This document shows, piece after piece, positions 1-14,112 of a DNA stretch of 64,000 bases. The position numbers and the translations under genes were made by a program. Location: NCBI RefSeq assembly GCF_036365525.1, contig NC_090399.1:5455558-5519557 (forward strand). The letters are read 5' to 3'. A model generated the notes under the pieces. It did no database searches and was not told where the DNA came from. It worked only from the letters and a program-made list of their open reading frames with translations. Positions within the stretch are counted from its first letter, which is position 1; each line of letters begins with the position of its first letter. The stretch is from Heterodontus francisci. Its lineage: Eukaryota.

Positions 1-1350
1 CGCCTCTCCCTCCCTCCGCCTCTCCCTCCCTCCGCCTCTCCCTCCCTCCGCCTCTCCCTCCCTCCGCCTCTCCCTCCCTCCGCCTCTCCCTCCCTCCGCC
101 TCTCCCTCCCTCCGCCTCTCCCTCCCTCCGCCTCTCCCTCCCTCCGCCTCTCCCTCCCTCCGCCTCTCCCTCCCTCCGCCTCTCCCTCCCTCCGCCTCTC
201 CCTCCCTCCGCCTCTCCCTCCCTCCGCCTCTCCCTCCCTCCGCCTCTCCCTCCCTCCGCCTCTCCCTCCCTCCGCCTCTCCCTCCCTCCGCCTCTCCCTC
301 CCTCCGCCTCTCCCTCCCTCCGCCTCTCCCTCCCTCCGCCTCTCCCTCCCTCCGCCTCTCCCTCCCTCCGCCTCTCCCCCCCCCCCTCCGCCTCTCCCCC
401 CCCCCCTCCGCCTCTCCCCCCCCCCCTCCGCCTCTCCCCCCCCCCCTCCGCCTCTCCCCCCCCCCTCCGCCTCTCCCCCCCCCCTCCGCCTCTCCCCCCC
501 CCCTCCGCCTCTCCCCCCCCCCTCCGCCTCTCCCCCCCCCCCTCCGCCTCTCCCCCCCCCCCCTCCGCCTCTCCCCCCCCCCCTCCGCCTCTCCCCCCCC
601 CTCTCCGCCTCTCCCCCCCCCTCTCCGCCTCTCCCCCCCCCTCTCCGCCTCTCCCCCCCCCACCTCCGCCTCTCCCCCCCCCACCTCCGCCTCTCCCCCC
701 CCCACCTCCGCCTCTCCCCCCCCCACCTCCGCCTCTCCCCCCCCCACCTCCGCCTCTCCCCCCCCCACCTCCGCCTCTCCCCCCCCCACCTCCGCCTCTC
801 CCCCCCCCACCTCCGCCTCTCCCCCCCCTCCGCCTCTCCTCCGCCTCTCTCCCCCCCCTCCGCCTCTCTTCCCCCCCCCTCCGCCTCTCTTCCCCCCCCC
901 TCCGCCTCTCTTCCCCCCCCCTCCGCCTCTCTTCCCCCCCCCTCCGCCTCTCTTCCCCCCCCCTCCGCCTCTCTTCCCCCCCCCTCCGCCTCTCTTCCCC
1001 CCCCCCCCTCCGCCTCTCTTCCCCCCCCCCCCTCCGCCTCTCTTCCCCCCCCATCCGCCTCTCTTCCCCCCCCCTCCGCCTCTCTTCCCCCCCCCTCCGC
1101 CTCTCTTCCCCCCCCCTCCGCCTCTCTTCCCCCCCCCTCCGCCTCTCTTCCCCCCCCCTCCGCCTCTCTTCCCCCCCCCTCCGCCTCTCTTCCCCCCCCC
1201 TCCGCCTCTCTTCCCCCCCCCTCCGCCTCTCTTCCCCCCCCCTCCGCCTCTCTTCCCCCCCCCTCCGCCTCTCTTCCCCCCCCCTCCGCCTCTCTCCCCC
1301 TCCCCCTCCGTCTGTCTCTCTCTCTCTCTCTCTCTCTCCCCCTCCGCCTC
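1..1350. repeat. C-rich tandem array: 16-bp CCTCCGCCTCTCCCTC grading into ~19-21-bp units with C-runs, ending in (CT)n
   Basis: Periodicity is directly visible; the array is cut by the window start and lies in an ATF6B intron. Confidence 0.97.
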
Positions 1351-1441
1351 CGTCTGTCTCTCCTCCCCTCCAGGCTCTCTGATGAATTGCGAGGCTGGAT
1401 ATTACATTGAGTGTTCTTTTCTAAATGCTTCTCTCCCGCAG

Positions 1442-1541
1442 GCTCGCCGATGAATTACGAGGCTGGGTGCACCGACATCAAATTGAAAGGACAAAGTCCA
1501 ACGAGAAACCAAAGCGTCAAAAGAAAGTTAAACAAGGCATG
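1442..1541 (+). CDS. ATF6B: ATF6-beta-like, internal coding exon (luminal domain): (R)LADELRGWVHRHQIERTKSNEKPKRQKKVKQGM
   Basis: Acceptor ctcccgcag ends at 1441; donor ATG|gtgggt. The peptide resembles the ATF6-family RLxxELxGWVxRH segment. Confidence 0.88.
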
Positions 1542-1717
1542 GTGGGTGACGATTACCCAAGCGTTCGAACTTGTCCATACAAAGTGGTGGGGGGAGGAGA
1601 AAAAGTAGCTGGTCCTCCAATCTTATTGTGTGCACGTTGATGTTTTCATAGTTGCCTGTTGTTGTTTCACTGAGAGATGGAGACCTTTTGCCAAACTAAA
1701 ACAAGCCCAGCAGTCTC

Positions 1718-2058
1718 AAAGAACAAAGAAAATTACAGCACAGGAACAGGCCCTCCAAGCCTGCACCGATCCAGATCCTCTATCTAAACATGTCGCCTAT
1801 TTTCTAAGGGTCTGTATCTCTTTTCTTCCTGCCCATTCATGTATCTGTCTAGATACATCTTAAAAGACGCTATCGTGCCCGCGTCTACCACCTCCACTGG
1901 CAACGCGTTCCAGGCACCCACCACCCTCTGCGTAAAGAACTTTCCACGCATATCCCCCCTAAACTTTTCCCCTCTCACTTTGAACTCATGACCCCTAGTA
2001 ATTGAATCCCCCACTCTGGGGAAAAAGCTTCTTGCTATCCACCCTGTTTATACCTCTC
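1718..2058 (-). mobile_element. CR1 3' fragment, same young subfamily as the 47-51 kb element
   Basis: Encodes ..FFTQRVVGAWNALP..RPLENRRHV*, nearly identical to the ORF2 end at 51213; same TTCTTTG tail. Confidence 0.93.
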
Positions 2059-3585
2059 CACTGGGGTGTGCTCCAAAGAAATCTCCTATCCCATCATGTC
2101 CTTTAAGCATGTGTATGGCTGATCGTTTATCAGAGCGGTAGTGATTTTCTTTTAGCCCAATTGACAATTTGTGTTTGACGGGTCCGTTTTCAGGCACAGT
2201 TTAATCTGTTCTCCAAAGGCCTGGGCAGTCAGTGTCCAGCTCTTACTGGCCTTGATTGTTGAGAGGAAATTCCCCAGATGTGGAAACCGTAAAGACTAAC
2301 CGTTTTGCCTGATCTCAATCTTGCTTGTTGCAATAACTGGAGGACCTCAAGCTTTGAGGCGCTCTAAGTGCCTGTAGATTTGTGCTTTATTTTATAATTC
2401 TCATCCTTGTTCTCAAATCCCTCCACTGCCTCGCCCCCTCCCTATCTCTGTAACCTGCTCCAACTCCACAACCCTTCGAGATCTTTGTGCTCATCTAATT
2501 CTGGTCCTTATTTTGCTTTGGTGACCGTGTCTTCAAGTGTCTGGGCCCTAAGCTTTAGAATTCCCTCCCTAGACCCCTTGACCTCTCTTAAGACCTCTTT
2601 GACTCACCTGTCCTAATGTCTCCTTACCTGGCTCAATGTCAGATTTTGTCCCATATTGCTCCTGTGAGTTTCTTTAGGATGCTTTACTACATTTAAGGTG
2701 CTACATAATAAATGCAAGTTGTTTACAATGTGTTCAGCTCTCTTGTATTTGTGGTACTTATGTCATCGGCAGCCAGTCCGCCAAACTGACGCTGCCCTTA
2801 CTCAGTTCTTTGTGTGAAACAATTCTTTTGTGTCAACCCGGGATACTAACCGATGACTGATAATTGGATCAGACAGAACAGCCAGGGATTACCGGGAGCT
2901 TTTTTGAAGTCATTGAGACTGTGTTGCTGCCCAACCCGAGTCAAGTCTGGAGATTATGATGCATGCCAAATTTATGTAGTTCATTCGGGCACGGAGGGGT
3001 CACTGAAGAAAGAAGTTGCATTTTGTAGATCGCCCTTTCTTGTCCTCTGGGCATCCCAGGGCACTTCACAGGTTGTGAATTATTTTGCAATGTAGTCAGT
3101 GCCGTGTCAAAAAACATGTCAGCTAGTTTGTTCAGGTTTGATTTGGGGAGGATTGTAGGTCAAAACTCTGGGAGAACTCCCTGCTGCTCTAGAATAATAT
3201 AAATGTATGTCATACATATGTACACGTTTTAGATGTGTGTGTCTGTTACATAGTATTGATGCGAGGAAGCAGATGGGTCTCCCCTGCAGAACGGCACCTT
3301 CAACAGTGTGGCACTCCCACACTGCTGCATTACCCAGATGATGTGCTGAGGGCTCTGGAGTGTGCTTGACCCAGCCGTGGCTCTCTGGCCCAGATGCATG
3401 AGTGCTATCCACAGCCTGAAGCTTGAATAGGATCTAATGAGCTAGTCTTGGAAGTCAAAGATGGGGAGATGCCACCTTTGAATTCTTAGGCACCTATCTC
3501 CCTGGAGTGAGGCAGGGAGTAAGTGGCCATCTGTGTTATTTGCTTCTGTGTTATTTGCTAATTGCTATTAACTTCTGCTTTTCAG

Positions 3586-3653
3586 AGGACGCAGCAGAGA
3601 AAAATCAATCTGTCCCGTTTTATCCCAGTTCATTCTGCAGACACTGCCACAAG
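3586..3653 (+). CDS. ATF6B: ATF6-beta-like, internal coding exon: RTQQRKINLSRFIPVHSADTAT(R)
   Basis: Acceptor cttttcag ends at 3585; donor AAG|gtgggt. Phase 0 in and phase 2 out exactly bridges the flanking exons. The peptide itself is poorly conserved. Confidence 0.75.
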
Positions 3654-5135
3654 GTGGGTTCCAGCAGTTTCTGTCTCAGTGAGCCTCTGTGAGTGTGGTG
3701 GCCATCCTTTAATTTATTTCAAACTGTGACTGATTTTGTAGATTAAAAAAAAATTGCTTACCTCACTTCAGCAAGACTGACTTTTTTGAGATGCAAATCA
3801 AAAATCATGTGCTTTACACGGGGGGGGGGGGAAAAAAAAGTTTGTCTCGAACAAGTAATTTTTGGTCCTGGGGGTGCTTATCCCATCGTGTGTTTACATT
3901 CCAAAGCTGCCTGATGTAAGCAGTGTAAAATTACAGGGAAAATGCTCTGCCTCGTGACCATTAATACTGGCTCCAGTTGGGGAAAACCAGAACTGAGTGA
4001 GGTACGTTGTTCCATTTATAACATTTGGGTAGTGGATAGTTGGAACATTTTGATCGGAGTTTTTATTATCCTTCCCTTGACTGTTCCTACATATTCCACA
4101 TATAGTTACAATGGAATTTGAGCCTTTTGTTTTTTTGAAGTGCCCATTTTTCATTTTGCTTGGGTTATTTCCCCCATCTTTCTTTATCCCCTTCCCCTCC
4201 TCTTGCTCAAATGGTAAATGCTGTCACTGGGAGGATGAGCAGATGTGAGTCAAGTCCATCTCCAGGGCCATGACCACTGCTACTCTTATCCGACTGTTTT
4301 TTGTGGATGAGAAGTCAAATGTGCCCCCTCGGGTGGACTTAAAAGATCCCCTAGACACTATTTCTTAGAGCAAGAGAGTTCTCTCAAGTCCTGGCCCATG
4401 TTAATCTCTCAACCAAGATCATATTTAAAAAAAAAAAACACAATCTGGTCGTTATCACTGCTGTTTTTGGGAGCTTGCTGTGCGCAAATTAGCTGTCACG
4501 TTTCCTGCATTACAACAGTCGCTAAGCTTCATAATTTCCTCATTGACTGTAAGGCACTTTGAGGTGGCCTGAGGTTCAGAATGACGCCATGTAAATACAA
4601 GTCTGTCTTAATTCTTTATATAGTGAGTTCACATCTTTTTATGAAATTGAGTTCAACAAAGCACTCGTGTTGGCAGAAAATAATGGAAGCTGCCAGATTG
4701 TTTTTTTTTTTAAATGCCCAGCGTCCATTTGCATTCTCCAAGCACTTGCCCTACTCTGCTCTGCAGTTGATCTGATGCCCCTTGAGGAGCCTGACCAGCC
4801 ACTGGGTTATACAGTGATTTCCCCCCTGCCCCATGCCAACATGGGAGCACTATCACACCTTACCCCTCCCCTGCCCCCCCTGAGGTAACCCATGCCCACC
4901 ACTTTCTGGAGATTACAGCAAATTGAGCAGTGAGTGTGCCAGCCGTACACCAGGTGGGTTTTTAAACAGATTTCTCTGCCGCTGGACACCTGCCAAGCGC
5001 AGGGACGGAAATGCCCGTAGCCCAGGTGTTTGCACCATCCCGTCTGAGGGGGCAGCGTTTTCCTGTGAATCTGCCTCTGAATCAGTGCAGCACCATCTGC
5101 ACCTTGTGGTTTGAAACGTTTTTCTTCTTGTGCAG

Positions 5136-5711
<576 letters not shown>

Positions 5712-6149
5712 TAAATGCATCTGTGAGATTCACCTCAACCATTCACTATGATAACGAGTCCCATGTTCTCACCAGTCTCTGGATAAAGAAGTTTCTCCTG
5801 AGTTCCCTGTTGGATTTATTAGGCACTATCATGTATTTATGGCCCCTAATTTTGGTCTAATCCACAAGTGAAAACATCATCTCCTTGTTTAGCCTTTGAA
5901 AGGCCTTCATCACGTCAGCCGTTGGCCTTCTCTTTTCCAGAGAAAGAAAGCCCCAGCCTATTCAACTGCTGCCACTCTTTCTGTTCGTTGAGCCGAATGA
6001 TACAGCATCCGTGTCCTTAGATTAATCTGAGATAGAGTGGGCTGCATCATTTCACATTGAGGTATAAAACTATTCATGAGTTAGTTTTGGAGGAAGGAGG
6101 TCTTTTCAGTCAATAGATGGCATCCTTCCAGAGCAGCAACCTCACCATT

Positions 6150-7150
6150 GAACGTTACAGCACAGAAGGAGGCCATTCGGCCCATTGCTCCTGTGCTGAC
6201 TCCAATTCGTTTCATTTCCCCCCCCCTCCCCCACCCTGCTCTTTCCCCATAGCCCTGTAAAAATGTTCCCTATTTGAGTATGCATCCAATTCCCTTTTGG
6301 AAGTTCCTATTGAATCAGCTTCCTCTGCCCTTTTCAGGCAGTGCTTTCCACATCACCATAACTCGCTGCTTGTTACGTCAAGCAATTAAGGCTAATGGTA
6401 TGTTAGCCTTTATCGCAAGAGGATTTGAGAACAGGAGTAGTGAAGTCTTGCTTCAATTGTTTAGAACCTTGGTTAGACCACAGCTGCAGTACTGTGTGCA
6501 GTTTTGGTCCCCTTAACTTAGGAAGGATATTATTGCCATAGAGGGAGTGCAACGAAGATTCACCAGACTTGTTCCTGGGATGGGAGGACTGTCCTGTAAA
6601 GAGAGTTTGGGGAAACTGGGCCTGTATTCTCTAGAGTTTCGAAGAATGAGAGGTGACCTCATTGAAACCTACAAAATACTTAATGGGATTGACAGGTTGG
6701 ACGCAGCTAAGATGATTCCCCTGGTTGGGAAGTCTAGAACCTTAGGACAGAAATGAGGATAAATTTTTTTACTTAGAGGGTTGTGAGTCTTTGGAATTCT
6801 CTACCCCAGAGGGCTGTGGAAGCTCAGTCATTGAGTATGTTTAAGGCAGAGATTTACAGTTTTTTAAATAGGAATGACATAAGGGGATATGGGGATAGTG
6901 TGGGAAAAAGGCATTGAAGTGGATGATCATCCATGATCATATTGAATGGCGGGGCAGGCTCGATGGGCTGAATGGCCTACACCTCCTATGTTCCTATCTC
7001 CCCACTCTGGTTCTTTCACCAGTTGTCTTAAATCTGTTTCCTGTCATTCCCAACCCATCCTGCCAGTGGAAACAGTTTCTCCTTATTTACTCTATCCAAA
7101 CCCTTCATGATTTCGAACAACTGTCAAATCTCTGCTGAATCTCTTCTCTA
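6150..7150. mobile_element. + strand CR1 fragment (6380-6995) nested in a - strand CR1 3' remnant
   Basis: Inner copy: KANGMLAFI..YCVQFWSP..RRMRGDLIETYK. The outer remnant continues at ~6996. Confidence 0.85.
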
Positions 7151-9019
7151 AAGGGGAGCAGCTAATTCGGCACAGATTGTGGCTGTACTGCTGTTAAACC
7201 ACTTCGTCCTGGTTTTTGACTGCTGTTCTTGACACTCTGTCCATTCCAGCTGATGATCATGACCTATGTGAAGAAGTACTTCCTGGCTCAAACTGGTCCT
7301 CCGTTCTCGACTTGTGTCCTACTGCAGTGGCAAATGACACCTCAAAAAGAACTATTTGCAGCATCACTTTCATTCTGATGCTCCGTCCTTGTTATAATGT
7401 ACTGTGTTCAGTTCGAGGGGAGGTGGTTTTGTGAATCTGGTCTCCAACCACCTGTAGCTTCTGCAGTTTCAGCATTTGAGCTGGCTGTGGTTTTCGTCTC
7501 CATGTCCATCAAGACTGGAGCAGGGAAGCAGAAAGCATCATGTCTGAGTCTTTGAGAAAACCCTGTCTAGTTGTGGGCTTGCAGACGTTTCATCATAGAC
7601 TGTGGCTTTGGGATGTCCAGCAGCCACACTGCCGCTGTTTGTGTGCGAATGTGTGTGCGCATTGTTTCTGCGGAAATCCAATGTCATTCTGTCTGGAAAT
7701 ATTTTGTCATTTCTCAAGTACTGTTGCTGCCTAATGAGAACAAAGTACCGAATCGGTTTGACTGCTTGCCTGCTGTAACGCGCAGAAATATGTGACTCAC
7801 CAGAGAAAGCTTAGAATGGAGACTTTGATGTGTTAGTGGAGCTTGTTCCCAGGTTTTACTGAAAAGTTTCTGCTGGCTTATACAATTTCATTTTTGTTCT
7901 GATTTTTAACTTTCCTTTTCTCAATGCACTGACTTCCCAGTTTAAAAATCAAAATCCCCTATTTATTTGACTTGAATTGGAGCTGTAAATGTTTCTTCAA
8001 TTTCCCGTCTGATCCTTTCTTGTCTGTCTCAGTGGGAATGGACGGAGTGCCAGGAACAGCAGTTGAAAGCCAGGACTAATCCACAGTGTTTTAAGAGCAG
8101 TGCTGCTGCAGTGTATGTCGAGTTAGCTGCTGCCCTTTAGAGCAGACATTAAGAGGAGATTTGGATAGAGTTGTTTGAAATCGTGAAGGGTTTTGATAGA
8201 GTAAATAAGGAGAAACTGTTTCCACTGGCAGAATGGGTCGGGAACGACAGGAGACAGATTTGAGACAACCGGTGAAAGAACCTGACTTGGGGGGATGACT
8301 AACTGAACTATGGTGATCTGGAAAGCACGACCTGAAAATGTGGAAGGTAGAAAAGGAAAAATATTCCAGGGTTATGAGGAATGAGCAAGGGGAGTGGGAC
8401 TAATTGGTAGCTCTTTCAAAGAGCATGTACAGGTAGGATGGGCTGAATGGCTGCCTCCTGTGTTATAATGACAGGATTTGGAGTGGAATGTTTTTGTTGC
8501 TCTGTCCCCCTCTTTTGCTCTCCCGCGATGCCCCCACCCCGCACCCACCTACTGTCTGTCAGAATGATTACTAATGGATTGCACTTTGCTCTGCTTCCAC
8601 TGCCCCTTCTGACCTTTTTTTCTTCCCCTCTTGCTTATCTATTTTTGAAAGCCCTAAAAATTCCTGCTGCAAATTACACTGGAATGTGGAGGACGAAATG
8701 CTGGGATTTTGAACCTTGGTGCCCTCTGGCCTCGCCACTCCCTATCTCCCTAACTGCACTGTGGATGTACCCCCATCAGATGGACTGCAGTGGTTCAAGA
8801 AGGTGGCTCGCCACCACTTTCTCAAGGGCAATCAGGGATGGGCAACAAATGCTGCCTTGCCAGCAGCACCCACATCCCATGAAAGAATTTTCAACTCTTC
8901 AATCTCCTCTAGCCCTAAAACCCTTCCTCCTCTTCCTCCCACCCCCACCCCTCTTCAAAATCCCTCCACCCTCTCTGTCTCTCTCTACTTTAAGTGCTCC
9001 TTTTATTTTATATTCATAT

Positions 9020-9930
9020 AGGATGTGAGCATTGCTGGTTAAGGAAGGAGTTCCAGTTTTTTTAACCCAGTGGTAGTGAATGAACAGTGATACAGTTCTA
9101 TGTCCAGATGGTGTATGGCAGGTGATGGTATATGGCAGCTGGTGGTGTTCCCGTGTGTCTGCTGCCCTTGTCCTTCTAGGTGGTAGGGGTTGCGGGTTTT
9201 TAAGGTGCTGTCGAAGGAGCCTTGGCGAGTTGCTGCAGTGCAACTTGTAGATGGTATACACTGCTGCCACTGTGCATCGGCGATGGAGTGAATGTTGAAG
9301 GTAGTGAATGGGGTTATCATTCAAGCGGGCTGCTTTGTCCTGGATAGTGTCGAGCTTCCTGAGCATTGTTGGAGCTGCACTGACCCAGGCAAGTGGAGAG
9401 TATTCCATTACAGTTCTGACTTGTGCCTTGTAGCTGGTGGACAGGCTTTGGGGTGACAGGAGGTGAGTTACTTACCGCAGAATTGCCAACCTCTGACCTG
9501 CTCTTGTAGACACAGTATTTATGTGGCTGGTCCAGTTCAGTTTCTGGTCAATGGTAATCCCTTGGTTGATGGTGGGGATTCAGTGATGGTAATGCCATTG
9601 AACGTCAAGGGAAAATGGTTAGATTCTCTTTTATTGGAGATTGTCATTGCCTGGGACTTGTAATGGCCAATTAACCTATCAACCTGCAAGTCTTTGGCAT
9701 GTGGGCGGAAACCGGAGCACCCGGAGGAAACCCACGTAGACACAGGGAGAACTTGCAAACTCCACGCAGGCAGTACCCAGAATTGAACCCGGGTCGCTGG
9801 AGCTGTGAGGCTGCAGTGCTAACCGCTGTGTCGCCCCTGAACATCGGTGAACATCCCCACTTTTGACATTATGATGGAGGAAAGGTTATTGATTAAGCAG
9901 CTGAAGATGGTTGGGCTCAGGGCACTAGGC
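9020..9930 (-). mobile_element. Second LINE family, 3' fragment interrupted by an HE1/V-SINE; an opposite-orientation tail piece lies at ~8690-8890
   Basis: ORF 8899-9408 MEYSPLAW..IQDKAA. Confidence 0.88.
9657..9837 (-). mobile_element. HE1/V-SINE 5' part (tRNA head + V domain)
   Basis: On -: cagcggttagcactgcagcctcacagc..gggttcaattc..tggagtttgca.gttctcc..gcgtgggtttcctccgggtgctccggtttcc-like. Confidence 0.85.
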
Positions 9931-10120
9931 CTTACTGAAGGAGTACCTGAGGCCTATTGGAGCTAACAGTCAGTGCGCTAGCAGCTAGCATTTATAAAGT
10001 GCTTTTAACATAGTAGAAACGTCCCAAGGACTTCAAAGGATTGATTATCGGACAAAAATTTGACACCATGTCACATAAGGAAACATTAGCACAGGTGACC
10101 TTGGTCAAATAATGGTAGCA

Positions 10121-10945
10121 GGAGCAGTAGCATAGTGGTACTGTTACTGTCTAGTAATCCAAATGCCTGGACTAAGGGCAGCTGGTGGAATTTAAAATTT
10201 AAATAAAAAATCTGGAATTAAAAAGCTCAGTAATGGTGACTGACGACAGGACTGTGTAAAAACTAATATGGCTTGGGAAGGAAATCTGCAGTCTTTACCC
10301 GGTCTGGCCTACATGTGACTCCAGATCCGCAGTAATGTGGGTGACTTAACTGCCCTCTGAAATGGGCTCGGTTGCATCAAACCTCTACAGAATAGTCGAA
10401 AAAGAACAAAACTGGTGTCGACCTCAGCACCGGGAACAACAAAAGCACACCTTGTCCAGTCAACCCTGCAAAGACAACCTCAAAAATTAGAGTACGGACC
10501 TGTGCTAAAATTAGGAGAGCTGTCCCACAGACTAGTCAAGCAACAGCCTGGAAGTTTTACTCACAAAATCTTACAGAAAATGACCCAGACTCCGCCATCA
10601 CCATCCCACCGGCAGGACAGACCCACCAGGAGGTGGCAGCACGGTGTTATGCAGTCAGGAGGGGTGACTCTGGACCCCTGAAGTCTCCTGGCATCAGGTC
10701 AAACATGGGCAAGGAGACGTCCTTCTGATTACCACCTACCACTCTCCCTCAGCTGATGAACCAGTGCTCTTCCATGTCGAACACCACTTGGAAGAAGCAT
10801 AGAATGTACTCTGAGTGGGGGACTTCAATGTCCATCACCTACTGACTGAGTGAGCCAGGTCCTGAAAGACATAGCTGCCGACTGGGCCTGTGTCTGGTAG
10901 TGATGAAACCAACGAGGTAAAAACCTACTTGACCTTGTCTTCACA
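10121..10945 (+). mobile_element. 5' part of a second LINE family: tRNA-like head followed by decayed APE endonuclease
   Basis: A box TAGCATAGTGG at 10128; then KLGELSHRLVKQQP, RQDRPTR, TTYHSP, GDFNVHH and PTRGKNLLDLV remnants. Confidence 0.75.
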
Positions 10946-10949
10946 TGAC

Positions 10950-11715
10950 AGCATAGGAACTCATGGTGTAGGGAGTAACATATTAGCATGGATAAAGGAC
11001 TGGGACTGACGGGAAGCACAGAGTAGATATAATGGGTCTATTTTGGGTTGGCAAGCTGTAACTAGTGGACTGCTGCAGGGATCAGTGCTGGGGTCTCAAC
11101 TATTTACAATTTATATCAATGACTTGGATGAAGGGACCGAATGTTTGGCAGCTAAATTTGCCGATGGCACCAAGATAGGAAAGGAAGTAAGTTGTCAGAG
11201 GAGGTAAAGAGTCTCAAAAGGAGATAGGTAAGTTGAGTGGGCAAAAATTTGGCAGATGGAATATAATGTGGGAAAATGAACATGTCCGCTTTGACAGCAG
11301 AATAAAAAAGCTGTATACAATTTAAATGGGGAGAGATTGCAGAACTCGATGGTACTGAGTGTTCTGGTACATGAATCACAAAAAGTTAGTATGCGAGGTA
11401 CAGCAAGTGATTAGGAAGGCAAATAGAATGTTGGCATTTATTGCAAGGGGAATATAGTATAAAAGTAGGAAAGTTTTGCTGCAATTGTGCAGGATCTTGG
11501 TGAGGCCACATCTGGAGTACTGTGTAGTTTTGGTCGTCTTATTTGAAAAAGGATATAATTGTGGGTTGGAATCAGTTCAGAGAAGGTTCACTCGACTGAT
11601 TCTGGGGATGAAGGGCTTATCTTATGAAGAAAGGTTGAAGAGGTTGGGCCTATACCCCTTGGAATTTAGAAGAATGAGAGGTGATCTTGTTGAAACATAT
11701 AAGATCCTGAGGGGA
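10950..11715 (+). mobile_element. Degraded internal CR1 RT fragment
   Basis: QGSVLG, FADG(T)K, LVRPHLEYC and RRMRGDLVETYK remnants with frameshifts. Confidence 0.88.
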
Positions 11716-12320
11716 CATAAATAATGTGGCTGCAAGAGCAAGTCAGAGGCTGGGAGTTCTGTGGTGAGTAACTCACCTCCTGACTCCAAAATCCTGTCCA
11801 CCATGTTGCAAGTCAGGAGTGTGATGGAATACTCTCCACTTGCCTGGATGGGTGCAGCTCCAACAACGCTTGACACCATCCAGGACAAAGCAGCCCGCTT
11901 GATTGGCATCCCATCCACAAACATTCACTCCCTGCGCCACCGACGCACAGTAGCAGCAGTGTGTACCATCTACAAGATGCACTGCAGCAATGCACCAAGG
12001 CTCCTTAGACAGCACCTTCCAAAGCTGCGACGACTTCCATCTCGAAGGACAATGACAGCAGGCACACGGGAACACAGCAACCTGCAAGTTCCCCTCCAAG
12101 CCACACATCATCCTGACTTGATACGATATTGTCCTTCCTTCACTGTCGCTGGATCAAAATCCTGGAACTTCCTCCGTAACAGAACTGTGGGTGTACCCGC
12201 ACCAGATGGACTGCAGAGGTTCAAGAAGAAAGCTCGCCACCAGCTTCTCAAGGGCAATTGGGAACGGGCAACAAATGCTGGCCTAGCCAGCGACGCCCAC
12301 ATCCCATGAAAGAATAAAAA
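11716..12320 (+). mobile_element. Second LINE family (CR1/L2 group), 3' fragment
   Basis: QVRSVMEYSPLAW..IQDKAARLI..HSLRHRRTVAAVC; tail cacatcccatgaaagaataaaaa. Confidence 0.9.
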
Positions 12321-12929
12321 GTAGATTTCTAATGCTTGATAGATACAGCAGTGCGTCTGTTCAACTCCTTTTGTAGTGTTGTGATGGGTTCCCAGGTCTT
12401 GTGCACACCTGGGCTGACGTAGGGCTGCGAATGCTTGGCTGATTTGACGACCTGTGGTTAGGTGAATTATCTAAAGGATTTTATATAATTCCTCTACATT
12501 CTTGGAACAGATCCTCAAATTTACAGCGTTAACAGCATTCACTCAACCTGCAATTATGTGACTTTTAATTGGGACTGTTTCTGAAGTAAACCCTTTGTGT
12601 TTGGCTCCAGGTTGTTGGTCTAAATACTGTAGTTACAGTGTAATCCTGCACACTGGTTTTACAGGCAGGTGGCTGTGGAAATCTGTGATATGTTTAGTGA
12701 TGGGTGGTACATACTGTAAACAGATGAACATTTGGACTTGTACAGGCTGGTAACTCAAATGCAAATCTGCTTTCAATTTTTTTTAATGTTGTTAGCAACT
12801 TAAAGCAGTTGCCTGACTTTATTCTCGTAGCATTTCTTTCCCTTGCCAATGCACCTCACAAATCCATGATCTCAGTGTTCCCGGTATCCCTCCATAAACA
12901 GAAAAGCTGTTTCCTCCAGCAAGTGGGTG

Positions 12930-14080
12930 AGACTGACTGCTCTTGACATCAAAGCCACATCTGACTGAGTATGGCATCAAGGAGCTCTAGCAAAATTGAA
13001 ATCAATGGCAATCGTGGAAAACTCTCCGCTGATTGGAGTCTTACCTAGCACAAAAGAAGATGGTTGTGGTTGTTGGAGGCCAATCATTTGAGCCCCAGGA
13101 TATCACTGCGGGAGTTCCTCAGGATAGTGTCCTAGGCCCAACCATCAGTGACCTTCCCTCCATCATAAGGTCAGAAATGGGGATGGTTGTCAATGATTAG
13201 CGCTCAGAACCATTCGCGACTGCGCAGATACTGAAGCAGTCTGTGTCCATATGCAACAAGACCTGGGCAACACAAAGGCTTGGGCTGAAAAGTAACATTC
13301 ATGCCACACAAGTGCCTGGCAATGACCATCTCCAACGAGACAGAAACTAGCCATCTCCCCTTGACAATCAGCATTACCATCGCTGAGTCCCCGGGGGGGA
13401 ATCAACATCCTGGGGTTACCATTGAGCAGAAACTTAACTGGACTGGCCACATAAATACTGCGGCTATAAGACAGGTCAGAGACTGGGAATTCTGTAGCGA
13501 GTAACTCACTTCCTGACTCCTCAAAGCCTAAAGCCTGTCCACCATCTACAAGGCATAAGTCAGGAGTGTGATGGACTACTCTCCACATGCCTGGATGGGT
13601 GCAGCTCCAACAACATTCAAGAAGCTCAACACCATCCAGGACAAAGCAGCCCACTTGATTGGTCACTTCATCCACAAACATTCACTCCCTCCACCATCGA
13701 CGCACAGTGGCAGTAGTGTGTACCATCTACAAGATGCACTGTAGCAATGCACCAAGGCTCCTTAGACAGCACCTTCCAAACCCGCGAACTCTACCACTTA
13801 CAAGGACAAGGGCAGCAGATGCATGGGAATACCACCACCTGCAAGTTCCCCTCCAAGTCCCACACTGCCCTGACTTGGAACTATATTGCTGTTCCTTCAC
13901 TGTCATTGGGTCAAAATACTGTAACTCTTTTCCTAACAGCACTATGGGTGTACCTACATTGCACAGACAACAGCGGTTCAAGAAGGCAGCTCACCACCAC
14001 CTTCTCAAGGGAAATTAGCGATGGGCAATAAATGCTGGCCTAGTCAGCGATGCCCAAATCCCTTGAACGAATAGAAAAAG
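12930..14080 (+). mobile_element. Second LINE family, RT-to-tail fragment
   Basis: LDIKATSD, GVPQDSVLGP remnants, the same C-terminal motifs and the same tail. Confidence 0.9.
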
Positions 14081-14112
14081 AAACGCCTTCCCCAGTTATT
14101 AACAGCTTATTA

